The translations under genes and the position numbers were made by a program. The notes below the pieces were generated by a model, which ran no database searches, was not told the origin of the DNA, and was given only the letters and a program-made list of their open reading frames with translations. Positions 30,645 to 40,882 of a DNA stretch of 64,000 bases are shown in pieces (within the stretch, counting starts at the first letter, position 1; each line of letters starts with the position of its first letter). Where the stretch lies: assembly GCF_002087085.1 (NCBI RefSeq), contig NZ_MWQY01000006.1, positions 1 through 64,000 on the forward strand, written 5' to 3'.

Positions 30645-31649
30645 TTACCGTATTTCGGCGATACGCCGTGCAGTATCCTTTCCCCATTGTTTTTCAAACT
30701 TGGCGGGAACATCCTTCGCTGCTTCGAAGAAAGCCTGGACATCGGGTTCAATAACCTCCATTCCAAGTTCTTTCAGATCTTTAAGCATATCGGCTTCCTG
30801 CTTGATCGTAAGATCATTATTCAGCTTTACGGCTTCGTCGATGGCTTTATCGACAACCTTTTTCAGATCCTCGGACAAAGAATTGTACCATACTGAGCTT
30901 GCGCCGATAACATTTACACGCCGCATATGACCGGTCAGCATTATGTACTTTTGGGCCTCATAGTATTTGTAGGTGTAGATGGTCGGAATCGGGTTTTCCT
31001 GGCCGTCGACCACTCCCTGCTTCAGAGCCATATAAAGATCCGAGAAGGCAACGGGAGTCGGAGTGGCACCCATGGCACGAACCGCTTCGAGGTAGACAGG
31101 CTGATCCGGCGCCCGCACCAGCATGCCTTCGAGATCGCTGGGCGCATATATGGCTTTATCGCGGGTGGTCAGATGACGCGTCCCATAATAAATTTGCGCT
31201 GTGAGAATTTTCACTCCCCGATTCTTCTCCAACTTGTCGGATATCTCCTGAACAACATCACTTTCCGCCGCCTTCATGAGATGGTCGTAATCCCTGAACA
31301 GGTAGGGACAATCCATTACGGCGAATTCGGGCTGGAAAAGACTCGTTTCGGATGTTCCGCCCATGTACATATGTACACTGCCTGTCATTACCAGCTCGAT
31401 TACATCCTTCACATTACCCAGCTGGTTTGCAGGGAAAACTTCTACCTTCAGTCTTCCGCCGGATTCCGCGTTTACAATCTCGGCAAACTTCAGAGCCGCC
31501 ACATTGTTCGGATGGTCAGGCGCAACCGGGGTAGAGAATTTGACAACCTCTGTTTTGTCGCCCTGTTCCTGACCGCCGTTCGCAAAGCTGCTGACAGTAA
31601 AAGAAAACACCAGCACCAAAGCGAGCAGCACAATCATTTGTTTTTTCAC
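30645..31649 (-). CDS. dctP: TRAP transporter substrate-binding protein
   Basis: Signal peptide; FPANQLG, GTRH, VRAP, GATPTP, VDGQENP. Confidence 0.95.
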   Translation of the reverse strand: MKKQMIVLLALVLVFSFTVSSFANGGQEQGDKTEVVKFSTPVAPDHPNNVAALKFAEIVNAESGGRLKVEVFPANQLGNVKDVIELVMTGSVHMYMGGTSETSLFQPEFAVMDCPYLFRDYDHLMKAAESDVVQEISDKLEKNRGVKILTAQIYYGTRHLTTRDKAIYAPSDLEGMLVRAPDQPVYLEAVRAMGATPTPVAFSDLYMALKQGVVDGQENPIPTIYTYKYYEAQKYIMLTGHMRRVNVIGASSVWYNSLSEDLKKVVDKAIDEAVKLNNDLTIKQEADMLKDLKELGMEVIEPDVQAFFEAAKDVPAKFEKQWGKDTARRIAEIR

Positions 31650-31863
31650 AATACTCCTCCTCTGAGAAACAATTCATACAAAACCAAACAGTCTTGCATA
31701 CGCAATATATACTTGTTAAATATGTGTAATATTTATGTTAGTTGCTGTTTTCAGGATTTGTCAATAAAAAAATCGCGGTTGTTTGAACATATCCTTCCGG
31801 CTTCCCCTCATCGATTCGGCGCATCTAAAATAACCTTAGAAACGCTGATGCTCTCAGTAAGAA

Positions 31864-31904
31864 TTGTCTCGACAAGTTTATTATACTATGATAATATCAT
31901 CATA
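31864..31904 (+). promoter_or_regulatory. Candidate sigma70 promoter with overlapping palindromic operator
   Basis: TTGTCT-N17-TATGAT; near-palindrome TATGATAATATCATCATA at 31887-31904; no SD sequence before ATG 31911. Confidence 0.5.
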
Positions 31905-31910
31905 CCAATT

Positions 31911-32618
31911 ATGACACCGCTATTCCAGGAAATCAAAACCAATACCCGCGCACGGCAGATTGTCGAGAAGTTTCGTCAAGCCATAGGGGAAGGCAGCTTG
32001 AAAATTGGGGACAAACTTCCGCCGGAGAGGGAACTCTGTACCCAGCTCGGCGTCAGCAGGACATCCCTGCGCGAGGCGGTCCGTATTCTCGAAGCCTACG
32101 GGATTCTGGAATCAATTCAGGGAGGCGGAACTTTCGTCACCGATCGTTTCGCGGAAAATGTGTTTGATTTCCTGGGATTCGGCGGAGCCCTGGATCGGAA
32201 CACCCTGGTTCACCTGCTGCAGACCCGCAGAATTCTGGAAGCCGGCGCCATAGCCCAGGCGGTTTCCGTCGCGGAAGACAAAGAACTGGAAGAGCTTGAG
32301 GCGATTGTCGACTCTCTGGAAAAAGAAACGGAGACGGCAAAACTCGGGCTGCTGGATGCCCGTTTTCATGAGACCATCATCGAACTCTCCCGAAACCCTA
32401 TTCTGACGTCCGTCTATCGGCTTATTTACAAAATGATGACCCGCGCAGTCTCCACCGTAATCGCCTACCCCACTGCACGCGGTATCGCTGTAGCGGACCA
32501 TCGCAACATACTTTCGGCAATGAAAAAACGGGATAAAGTCCAATGCCTGGATCTGGTCGATGCCCATGCTGAGCATACGTTAAAATTAATAGATGACCAC
32601 TTTAAAGAGGGAGGCTGA
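31911..32618 (+). CDS. FadR/GntR-family transcriptional regulator
   Basis: GDKLPPERELC...GVSRTSLREA...GGGTFV; FCD domain DARFH...DH. The longer 30927 start in the ORF track is spurious. Confidence 0.92.
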   Translation: MTPLFQEIKTNTRARQIVEKFRQAIGEGSLKIGDKLPPERELCTQLGVSRTSLREAVRILEAYGILESIQGGGTFVTDRFAENVFDFLGFGGALDRNTLVHLLQTRRILEAGAIAQAVSVAEDKELEELEAIVDSLEKETETAKLGLLDARFHETIIELSRNPILTSVYRLIYKMMTRAVSTVIAYPTARGIAVADHRNILSAMKKRDKVQCLDLVDAHAEHTLKLIDDHFKEGG

Positions 32619-32620
32619 AG

Positions 32621-35095
32621 ATGCCGTCGGAACAAGTAATAAAACCCCAGGATGTACGAAAAAAGGGAGTTCTAAAAACCGTTGAGATTCCCCTGAACAG
32701 TTACACCAAACGCCTTAAAGATGTAAAGAACGATTATTCGGCGGACGACCTGACTGCCATGTACCACGATATGCGCCTTATTCGCGAATTCGAAAACATG
32801 GTACAGGCGGTCAGGACCGTAAAAGAGTACAACGGCATCGAGTATTCATACACCGGTCCCGCCCACCTTTCCCAGGGACAGGAAGCAGCAGCAGTCGGAC
32901 AGGCCTACGCCCTGGACCTGGATGATTACACCTTCGGGACTCACCGCAGCCATGGCGAGGTCCTGGCCCGGGGGCTTTCCGCCATCCGCCGCTTGGAGGA
33001 GAAGGCCCTGGTACAGATTATGGAGGATTTCCGCCATGGAGCTCTCCTGCGTTCCGTCGAAAAATTTGCTCCCTCATCCCTGAACGCTCGGGAAACCGCC
33101 GAACTCTTTCTGCTGTACGGCTTCATGACTGAACTCTTCGGCCGGGAGATAGGTTTTACCGGGGGACTCGGCAACTCGATGCACGTCTTTTTTACCCCCT
33201 TCGGAATCTATCCCAACAACGCAATCGTCGGAGCCTCCGCGGGAATAGGCGCGGGGGCGGCCCTTTACAAGCGGCTGCGAGGGGAAAACGGCATTGTCAT
33301 CGTCAACTCGGGAGACGGTTCCATCAGTACCGGCCATGCCTGGGAGGCCATGCTCTTTTCAACCATGGACCAGCTCAATAAACTCTGGGACGAAAAGTAC
33401 CGGGGCGGTTTACCGATAATCTTTAACTTCATGAACAATTACTATGCCATGAGCGGCCAGACCTCGGGGGAGACCCTCGGTTTCGACGTTCTCGCCCGAA
33501 TCGGGGCAGCTTTTAACCAGGACGCGCTGCTTTCCGAACGGGTCGACGGATACAACCTTTTTGCGGTTATCGATGCCTTCCAGCGCAAAAAGCGTGCTGT
33601 TCTTGAACGGAAAGGACCGGTCCTGCTTGATACAATCGTATACCGTCACGCCGGTCACTCCGCCACCGATCCCAACGCATACAGGTCCAGAGAAGAGATG
33701 GAAGGCTGGATGGGTGTCGACTGTCTGGGTTCGTATCGCAAGGAACTGCTGGAGGAAGGGCTGCTCGATTCGAATCTGACAGACACGATTGACGGCAGCG
33801 TGAAGGAAAAGATCACCCTAGTTCTTAAATACGCGACCGGACTGCAGGAATCTCCCCGCATGAATATGCACGCCGATCCTGACGCTATTGCCAAATACAT
33901 GTTTTCCAACCAGAAGATCACGAGATTGTCTGATGATGATCCTGAGGTCCTCGGGAAAAAGAGCGAAAACAGCCGTTATAAAAAGATATCCGCAAAAGTG
34001 CGGCGCGGTCTCGATGAAAACGGAAACAAGGTATCGCCCCTCAAGGTGTTTTCCTATCGCGACGCAATCTTTGAAGCTCTGATAGACAAGTTTTATGAGG
34101 ACCCGACCATGATCCTCTTCGGCGAAGACGTGCGTGAACACGGGAACTCCTTCGGCGTTCTGCAGGGTCTCTACGAATCAGTACCGCGGCACAGGCTTTT
34201 CAATGCGCCCATAGCCGAAGCAGCCATTATTTCCGCGGCGGTGGGATATGCCATGTGCGGAGGACGGGCCGTCCCCGAAATCATGTGGTGTGATTTTCTC
34301 GGCAGGGCGGCGGATGAGCTCTTCAACCAGCTCGCAAAATGGCAGGGAATGAGCGCCGGCCTTGTGCGGATGCCCTGTGTTGTCCGGGTCTCCGTCGGAC
34401 ACGCCTACGGGGCTCAGCACTCCCAGGACTGGAGCTCTCTGGCCGCCCACATACCAGGCCTCAAAATCCTGTATCCCGCGACTCCTTATGACGCAAAAGG
34501 ACTGTTGAACTCGGCCCTGGGACTGACAGACCCCGTCATGTTTTTCGAAAGCCAAAAACTGTATGATACGGGCGAACTTTTCGCCCCCGAGGGAGTCCCG
34601 CGTGACTGTTATGAAGTACCCATCGGGAAATGCGATGTAAAACTGAAAGGCAGTGATCTTACCATCCTCAGCATAGGTCCGGCTCTCTATCCGGCCCTGG
34701 AAGCCGCGGAAGAACTCGCCCAAAAATGGCAGTTAAAGGCGGAGGTTATCGATGCAAGAAGTCTGATTCCCTTCGATTACCAGACTGTTATCGAATCCGT
34801 CCGCAAAACAGGACGCATTATAGTTGTCCACGATGCCTGTGAACGCGGAGGATACGCCAAGACCATTGCCGCCAACATAAGCGAGTTTTGTTTTGAGGAG
34901 CTCGATGCTCCGCCGGTTTCTTTGGGTGCCCACAACTGGGTATCCCCCTGCCCGGAGCTGGAGAAATATTTCTTCCCCTCGAAACAGATGATTCTGGACG
35001 CCGTCCACGAACGAATAAAGCCCCTCCCCGGCTACTCCCCGCTTTTCGACCTGAGTCTTGCGGAGAAGCTGCGGCAGGAAAATCTAGGTATTTAG
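32621..35095 (+). CDS. Fused 2-oxoacid dehydrogenase E1 alpha/beta subunit (ThDP-dependent)
   Basis: HLSQGQEA, THRSHG, GDG...NN ThDP motif, YRHAGHS; beta part GEDV, PIAE, QHSQ, IDARSL. Confidence 0.92.
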   Translation: MPSEQVIKPQDVRKKGVLKTVEIPLNSYTKRLKDVKNDYSADDLTAMYHDMRLIREFENMVQAVRTVKEYNGIEYSYTGPAHLSQGQEAAAVGQAYALDLDDYTFGTHRSHGEVLARGLSAIRRLEEKALVQIMEDFRHGALLRSVEKFAPSSLNARETAELFLLYGFMTELFGREIGFTGGLGNSMHVFFTPFGIYPNNAIVGASAGIGAGAALYKRLRGENGIVIVNSGDGSISTGHAWEAMLFSTMDQLNKLWDEKYRGGLPIIFNFMNNYYAMSGQTSGETLGFDVLARIGAAFNQDALLSERVDGYNLFAVIDAFQRKKRAVLERKGPVLLDTIVYRHAGHSATDPNAYRSREEMEGWMGVDCLGSYRKELLEEGLLDSNLTDTIDGSVKEKITLVLKYATGLQESPRMNMHADPDAIAKYMFSNQKITRLSDDDPEVLGKKSENSRYKKISAKVRRGLDENGNKVSPLKVFSYRDAIFEALIDKFYEDPTMILFGEDVREHGNSFGVLQGLYESVPRHRLFNAPIAEAAIISAAVGYAMCGGRAVPEIMWCDFLGRAADELFNQLAKWQGMSAGLVRMPCVVRVSVGHAYGAQHSQDWSSLAAHIPGLKILYPATPYDAKGLLNSALGLTDPVMFFESQKLYDTGELFAPEGVPRDCYEVPIGKCDVKLKGSDLTILSIGPALYPALEAAEELAQKWQLKAEVIDARSLIPFDYQTVIESVRKTGRIIVVHDACERGGYAKTIAANISEFCFEELDAPPVSLGAHNWVSPCPELEKYFFPSKQMILDAVHERIKPLPGYSPLFDLSLAEKLRQENLGI

Positions 35096-35107
35096 GAGGA
35101 AACCGCC

Positions 35108-36310
35108 ATGGCAGAATTTGTTCGTATGCCCCAAAAAGGACTGACCGAAGAGAGCGCCCTCTTGAGTGAATGGCATGTACGCGAGGGAGACCTTGTACGC
35201 CCCGGGCAGCTCCTCTTTTCTCTGGAAACCGGTAAAGCCGTTTTCGATGTGGAAGCCGAATCCGCCGGCACCGTTCTCAAACTTTTAGCCGCTCCGGGAG
35301 ACGAGGTCCCCATCAAGGATGCGGTTCTTGTCATCGGTGAACCCGGCGAAGAGTTCAGCATCGAAAAAACTCCCGCTGCTCCGCAGAGCGGAGCCAAGCC
35401 CTTGCCGGTCCCGGCTGAACACCCTGCAGACCGATCGTCTCGGGTTACTGAATTTCCGGGAGCCGGCGGAAGAGGCCGCCGCATCTCTCCCAGGGCACGA
35501 AATCTTGCGGAAAAACACGGTATCGCCGTGAACGACATCAAGGGAAGCGGACCCGGGGGCAGAATCATTGTCGATGATATCCGCAGGCTCATGACCGCCG
35601 CGGCTCCGCCCCGTCCGGACAACGACATGGGGGGACAGCGGCTGCCGGTAACCGGCATGCGCAAGGTGATCGCCGAGCGTCTGTCCGGGTCCTTCTTTAC
35701 CGCGCCCCATATCTTTCTGCGGGCGGCGGTTTCCGTGGACCGGCTGATGGAGCTCAGGGAAGGTATTTCCTCGGAAACAGGCACGAAGATCTCCCTTAAC
35801 GCCTTTTTCATGAAGCTCAGCGCGGAGGCCCTCAAGCGGCATCCGCGGCTCAATTCCAGCTGGAAAGAATCGTATATAGAGATCCACGATACCGCCGACA
35901 TCGGACTGGCTGTTTCGCTGGAGGATGGTCTTATAACTCCGGTTGTGAGAAACTGCGGAAGCAAGGGGATTATCCAGATCGACGGAGAGCTGAAGGAGCT
36001 GATAGAAAAGGCCCGACAGGGACGTTTGCAGCCGGAAGAATACCAGGAGGCCGGTTTCACCATCAGCAACCTGGGCAGCTACGAGGTAGAAGAATTTACG
36101 GCGATTATTAATCCCCCGGCGTCAGCAATCCTGGCCCTCGGCCGGGCAGGCAAAGAAACTGTGGTAAACGGAGACGACAGCGTGGAGATACGGCGCATGA
36201 TGCGGACAACCTTATCCTGCGACCACCGCGCCATTGACGGCGCAGTAGCCGCGGCCTTCTTGACGGATCTAAAAAGAATGATTCAGGATCCAGCCCGTGC
36301 GCTTCTGTGA
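35108..36310 (+). CDS. Dihydrolipoamide acyltransferase E2
   Basis: Lipoyl domain ETGKA; subunit-binding domain ISPRAR...GSGPGGRI; catalytic DHRAIDG. Confidence 0.93.
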   Translation: MAEFVRMPQKGLTEESALLSEWHVREGDLVRPGQLLFSLETGKAVFDVEAESAGTVLKLLAAPGDEVPIKDAVLVIGEPGEEFSIEKTPAAPQSGAKPLPVPAEHPADRSSRVTEFPGAGGRGRRISPRARNLAEKHGIAVNDIKGSGPGGRIIVDDIRRLMTAAAPPRPDNDMGGQRLPVTGMRKVIAERLSGSFFTAPHIFLRAAVSVDRLMELREGISSETGTKISLNAFFMKLSAEALKRHPRLNSSWKESYIEIHDTADIGLAVSLEDGLITPVVRNCGSKGIIQIDGELKELIEKARQGRLQPEEYQEAGFTISNLGSYEVEEFTAIINPPASAILALGRAGKETVVNGDDSVEIRRMMRTTLSCDHRAIDGAVAAAFLTDLKRMIQDPARALL

Positions 36311-36334
36311 ATCAGCCGTATTCATGCATCCGCG

Positions 36335-37084
36335 CTAATCCCGCAGGGTACCGCCGTTTACCATCATACTTTCCGCGGTAACAAAACCGGCCCGGGGACT
36401 TGCAAGATATGCAACTGCAAAGGCAACGTCTTCCGGGTCGCCTATTCGTTTCAGAATGCTGTTTTCGATGAATTTCCTGTTTTCTTCTTCCCCGGCGGCT
36501 GATGCCATTGCCGTTGCGATCCGTCCTGGACAGACAGCATTTACGGTAATTCCGTCGCCCCCCGTTTGTTGCGCGAGATTCCTGGTAAAGCCCAGCACTC
36601 CGGCCTTCGAAGCCGCGTAATGTGCCGCCGCGACGGTTCCCCCGTTCTTGCCCGCTTCCGAGGCGATGTTTATGATACGGCCGTATTTACGCCGACGCAT
36701 TCCGGGAAGGACTTGCCGACAGAACAGAAAATGCGCCCGCAGGTTCACCTGCAGGACCAGGTCCCACTCGGAGGAGGAGATTTCCTGGATACGGTGCAGG
36801 GGATGCATTCCCGCGTTGTTTACCAGAATATCGATTCTTCCAAAGCTTTTTTCCGCTTCTTCCACAAAGCCTTCGATCTCGTTTTCCTGTGCCAAATCGA
36901 TACGTCGGATAAAAACCTTGACGGAACCCGCTGCCTGAATCTCGCCGGCGGTTTTCCGCAATTCATCCTCCCTGAGATCGCACAAAGCCAGGTCCGCCCC
37001 TCTTACGGCAAGTTCGAAGGCTATAGCTTTTCCGATACCCTGGGCCGAGCCAGTTACGACGGCACACTGTCCCTGTAATTCCAT
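36335..37084 (-). CDS. Classical short-chain dehydrogenase/reductase
   Basis: TGSAQGIG, NNAG, YAASK, PG; GGAGAGG RBS before ATG 37084. Confidence 0.92.
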   Translation of the reverse strand: MELQGQCAVVTGSAQGIGKAIAFELAVRGADLALCDLREDELRKTAGEIQAAGSVKVFIRRIDLAQENEIEGFVEEAEKSFGRIDILVNNAGMHPLHRIQEISSSEWDLVLQVNLRAHFLFCRQVLPGMRRRKYGRIINIASEAGKNGGTVAAAHYAASKAGVLGFTRNLAQQTGGDGITVNAVCPGRIATAMASAAGEEENRKFIENSILKRIGDPEDVAFAVAYLASPRAGFVTAESMMVNGGTLRD

Positions 37085-37282
37085 ATACCTCTCCATGCAG
37101 CCTTTGTTCGGATTGTAAAAATCAGCCCCCTCGTAGTGCCGGCTGCGGTATCATCATTATACACTACTTTTTGGTATTATGCTTGTATACAATTGACTCA
37201 CGTCTGCCCTTGGGTTTATGCTGAGGTATATCGTCGGTCCCCGCAGCCACAGCCCGGGGAGACCGCTCACAAGGAGTCTGAG

Positions 37283-38353
37283 ATGCCAGGAGTTGATGGC
37301 GGGGTACTGTTTCCCGCGGAAGAATTACGGAAATGGACGGAAGAAATCTTTCAGAAAGTGGATGTCAGCAAGGAAGACGCTGCTCTGCTGACTGATTCCC
37401 TGATCGAAGCGAACCTCCGGGGAGTTGATACCCACGGAATAACCCGCATGCTGACGGTCTACGTAAACCGCATACAGGCCGGAGTCCTGAGTCCCAGGAC
37501 AAAGCTCGATATTGTCCGGGAAAAACCCTCCACCGCCCTGGTTGACTGCAACAACAGCATCGGACAGGTAGCCTCTGATTACGCCATGAACCTGGCAATT
37601 CAGAAAGCAAAGAGCACCGGAACCGCCTTTGTCGCCACAACCCACTCGAACCACTACGGTGCCGCCGCATACTGGTCCATGAAGGCCCTGGAACATGGAA
37701 TGATCGGCTTTTCCGCCACCAACGGACCGGCCAGCTTTGCCCCCACCGGCGGCCGAACCCCGATGCTCGGTACGAACCCCTTCTCCGTCGCGATTCCTGC
37801 AGGCAGGGAACTCCCCTTCGTACTGGACCTTGCCACTACGGTTGTTGCCAGGGGACGGATTACCCTCTACGCAAAGCAGAACAAGGAGCTGGAACCAGGC
37901 TGGGCTTTTGACGAGATGGGGCGCCCCACCACTGATCCCCACAAGGCCCTTAAAGGACTGCTGGCACCCATCGGCGGCTACAAGGGCTACGGCATTGCCC
38001 TGGCCATCGATATGATCTCCGGCGTTATGACCGGATCAAAATACGGGACCCATTTCCCCGGATTTCTGGCTGACAACCTCAAGGATCCCACCGACGTGGG
38101 AAGCGTGTTCGCTGCGATCAGCATCGACAGCTTTATGGACCTTCCGGAATTTCAGGATGCCATGGACACGGCCATCCGGGAGGTAAAGAGCTGCGCCAGA
38201 GCCGAAGGGGTGGAACGCATCTACGTACCCGGCGAAATCGAGATGGGAATACGGGCGGACCGTCTTGCCAACGGGATTCCCCTCCCGGAAGCGGTACTCA
38301 CGGACTTTGTCGCCCTGGGCACGGAACTGGGAGTCGCTTTTCCCGGGGAATAG
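37283..38353 (+). CDS. Ldh_2-family oxidoreductase (malate/L-lactate/sulfolactate/ureidoglycolate dehydrogenase-like)
   Basis: RGVDTHG, SNHYGA, GTNP, LDLAT, GGYKGYG, YVPGE; AAGGAG RBS. Confidence 0.92.
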   Translation: MPGVDGGVLFPAEELRKWTEEIFQKVDVSKEDAALLTDSLIEANLRGVDTHGITRMLTVYVNRIQAGVLSPRTKLDIVREKPSTALVDCNNSIGQVASDYAMNLAIQKAKSTGTAFVATTHSNHYGAAAYWSMKALEHGMIGFSATNGPASFAPTGGRTPMLGTNPFSVAIPAGRELPFVLDLATTVVARGRITLYAKQNKELEPGWAFDEMGRPTTDPHKALKGLLAPIGGYKGYGIALAIDMISGVMTGSKYGTHFPGFLADNLKDPTDVGSVFAAISIDSFMDLPEFQDAMDTAIREVKSCARAEGVERIYVPGEIEMGIRADRLANGIPLPEAVLTDFVALGTELGVAFPGE

Positions 38354-38375
38354 AACTTACAGTACCTGTTTACAC

Positions 38376-38401
38376 GAGGGCCTTCCGGGGCCCTCTTTTT
38401 T
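38376..38401 (+). terminator. Intrinsic terminator
   Basis: GAGGGCC-TTCCGG-GGCCCTC followed by T6. Confidence 0.8.
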
Positions 38402-38437
38402 ACAGACAACTCTAAAAACGTAGTTTTAGCGGTACCC

Positions 38438-39970
38438 TTATTCTGCAAAGCGGGATCCCGGATAGAGACTTATCTTTTCGGCCCGGTAACTGCGGTAGCC
38501 CTCGTAGGTGGAAGCATCATTGTCGGCAAGGATGATCTCCCGGACAACCCTGGCGGGGGTTTCGTCGGTTAGCTCGATAATGCGGGCGGAAATCTTCATC
38601 ATGTTGACCTTTTCCTTCTCAAAGTCAAAGAGCTCCATGGCCTGTCCCTCCAGATTCCTGGTGATCCCGCCAAAACAGGCCAGACGGTTTCCATTGGAAA
38701 GATAATCCGCATCGCCGATAAAAGGGGCGAAGAGTTCACTCCCCCGCTCCCTGCCGTACTGCCAGATCTGGCGCACCTTTCCCGCCTCGGGATCTATCCG
38801 GTACTCCACTATACGGGAATAGTTCTCCTCCGGGAGAAGAGGCTCATCATAGGAACGTTCGTTTCCGTTGTCGAAAAGGAGAATCCGGGAGGGATCGTCG
38901 GGATGGAGCATGGGGGCGTGCTGTCCCCAGGGCCACTCAAAGGGTTCACCCTCCGGCTGCAGCAGGAAGGGCCGGAATCTCTCCTTCCATTTTTCATGAT
39001 TTCCCAGAATCCAGTCGATCCGCCCCGAAGCAATATCGACTTTTATAAGAGCACTCTGGTCGCGACCGGAAACGATCATGGAGTCATCCCGGGCATCATA
39101 GATTATTCCGTTCAAATGGAGCCAGTCCCGCTTATTCAGATTCGCCGGCATTACAGGCCTTGCCGGATCGAGGATTTTCCGGAAGTCCCAGCGGGACAGT
39201 ATTATTCCGCTGGCCCGGTCAATCATGACAACCTCGTCGTCGACGGACCCCTTCGCGGAGCTCAGGGCCAGAAAGTTTCCGTTGGGCAGCTCCACCGCAT
39301 CGTGGTGCAGGTCCCGGGGAACGATATCCCATCGGACTCCCGTGGGCCTCCCCAGCATGTCAATCTCGACAATCGAATCTTCCTGCTGAATGATGAGGTT
39401 TCCGTTTTCGAGACGGCGCAGCAGATGCCCGTTGTCCCCGGCATAGAACCAGCGGACATCCCCGGCCTCATCGATGGCGGAGGGATAGGGGGTGTAACTC
39501 ATTCTGTCATCGTAATGTCCGAGGTGCAGAAAGAGCATCCCCGGTGCCGCCTTTTCCGGCAGTGGAGTGCGGACACGAATTTCGGGGTACTCCTCAGGCA
39601 GGGCTTCTGTGCGTATGCTGCGGGTCAGACTGTGAACCCGGCCCCGGTCATCGGTAACGCTGAATTCGATGCTATTTTTCCAGTCGGGGTAGAGACCGAG
39701 GACCGGGATGCGGTGCACTCGTGATTTTCGGTCAAAAGAGACCTTGAGGTCCTTCGCCCCGTTACGACCCTTGATACTGAGACTGACCCGTGAAGGCCTC
39801 CTGCTCCTGATCACCGCCTCCGCCGCCAGGGGAACTTTTTCGGCAGCACTGATAGAGATAATCCTCACCGGCGGCTGCAGAAGATAGACCACACCGGGGA
39901 TACCGATAAACAGAACACCAAGAGCCGGAAGCATAAGCCTGAATAAACGCATGGCCCCTATTGTAGACAT
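38438..39970 (-). CDS. Arylsulfate sulfotransferase (ASST family), membrane-anchored or exported
   Basis: N-terminal TM; HRIPVLGLYP Ig-like domain; LHHD, DWLHLNG, SGRDQS, QHAP, FDNG, YRA. Confidence 0.85.
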   Translation of the reverse strand: MSTIGAMRLFRLMLPALGVLFIGIPGVVYLLQPPVRIISISAAEKVPLAAEAVIRSRRPSRVSLSIKGRNGAKDLKVSFDRKSRVHRIPVLGLYPDWKNSIEFSVTDDRGRVHSLTRSIRTEALPEEYPEIRVRTPLPEKAAPGMLFLHLGHYDDRMSYTPYPSAIDEAGDVRWFYAGDNGHLLRRLENGNLIIQQEDSIVEIDMLGRPTGVRWDIVPRDLHHDAVELPNGNFLALSSAKGSVDDEVVMIDRASGIILSRWDFRKILDPARPVMPANLNKRDWLHLNGIIYDARDDSMIVSGRDQSALIKVDIASGRIDWILGNHEKWKERFRPFLLQPEGEPFEWPWGQHAPMLHPDDPSRILLFDNGNERSYDEPLLPEENYSRIVEYRIDPEAGKVRQIWQYGRERGSELFAPFIGDADYLSNGNRLACFGGITRNLEGQAMELFDFEKEKVNMMKISARIIELTDETPARVVREIILADNDASTYEGYRSYRAEKISLYPGSRFAE

Positions 39971-40032
39971 AAACTGTCAGTTTTGTAAAATTTCCGTCCC
40001 GGGGCACAGAACCCGGATCAGTCCCTCCCCCC

Positions 40033-40824
40033 TTACAGAGCTCTGGCAAACTTCATGCTGCGCTTTTCTATATCCTGGGCAGAGGGCATGGGGAAATATT
40101 TAAGCGCCTCCGCGGAGGCAAACATGAAGCCCTTGCCGATCAGCTTGTAGGGAATACCGTCAAGATAGCTGTTCAGGCTCAAGCCCTTGTTCTCCTTGTA
40201 GCTTACGGTCCTCAGTTCGTTAATGGCGTCCCGTAAAATGGCCGGATGCAGCCCCGGGATGGGAGGCGGAAGAAAGGGGTTCTCCTCCAGGCGCAGCAGG
40301 AAATCCTCCAGGTCGAGATTGAGGTCGGCGTACAGAAACTTCGGGGCCCCAACGGGATTAAGCGGATCGGTAAGAAATTTCCCGAATTCGGCAAAGTTGT
40401 AGGTGGAGAGGACAAGCATCTGCATGGGGTCTATTTCTGCATATATCCTCAGGCTTTCCGGTTTTTTATCCGGTACATACGGAGCTTCATCCAGACCGAT
40501 ACAGTATCCTTCGGGGGTACTCAGGTAGAGTTTTTTAAGGGCCGCGAAATCCAGGTGCTCCAGGACCCGGTAGCTGGAGATAAACTTTGTCGCCTTGGGA
40601 CGTCCGTCTTCATGAGGTTCCAGCTCCGCCATGGCCTCTTCGATATTGAAATAGGGATGACGGAATTCCGGATCGACCTCCGCGAAAATAACCTTTCCTT
40701 CGTAATGCCGGGTGGGGCCGGAGGTATAGTGTGTCGAAAGCTGCTCCGGCCAGTATTGGGACGCGATCAGCGCTGAATTCGGATGGAGAATCGCGTACAA
40801 GTGGTTTTCAATTTCCCTGTTCAT
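40033..40824 (-). CDS. Hypothetical protein, 263 aa
   Basis: AAGGAG RBS; co-oriented 58 nt downstream of hppA; no motif recognised. Confidence 0.75.
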   Translation of the reverse strand: MNREIENHLYAILHPNSALIASQYWPEQLSTHYTSGPTRHYEGKVIFAEVDPEFRHPYFNIEEAMAELEPHEDGRPKATKFISSYRVLEHLDFAALKKLYLSTPEGYCIGLDEAPYVPDKKPESLRIYAEIDPMQMLVLSTYNFAEFGKFLTDPLNPVGAPKFLYADLNLDLEDFLLRLEENPFLPPPIPGLHPAILRDAINELRTVSYKENKGLSLNSYLDGIPYKLIGKGFMFASAEALKYFPMPSAQDIEKRSMKFARAL

Positions 40825-40882
40825 CTTTTATCTCCTTATGTATCCCGGCAGCTTTTTCGCGTCTGTTCCGGGCTGCGGACCT

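Noticed and set aside
30927..31910. N-terminal extension making the FadR ORF 563 aa
   Set aside because: It overlaps dctP antisense; the HTH begins just after ATG 31911, which has its own promoter-like sequence.
36335..37084. Calling the SDR kduD or fabG
   Set aside because: Only generic SDR motifs; far from kduI and not in a fatty-acid locus.
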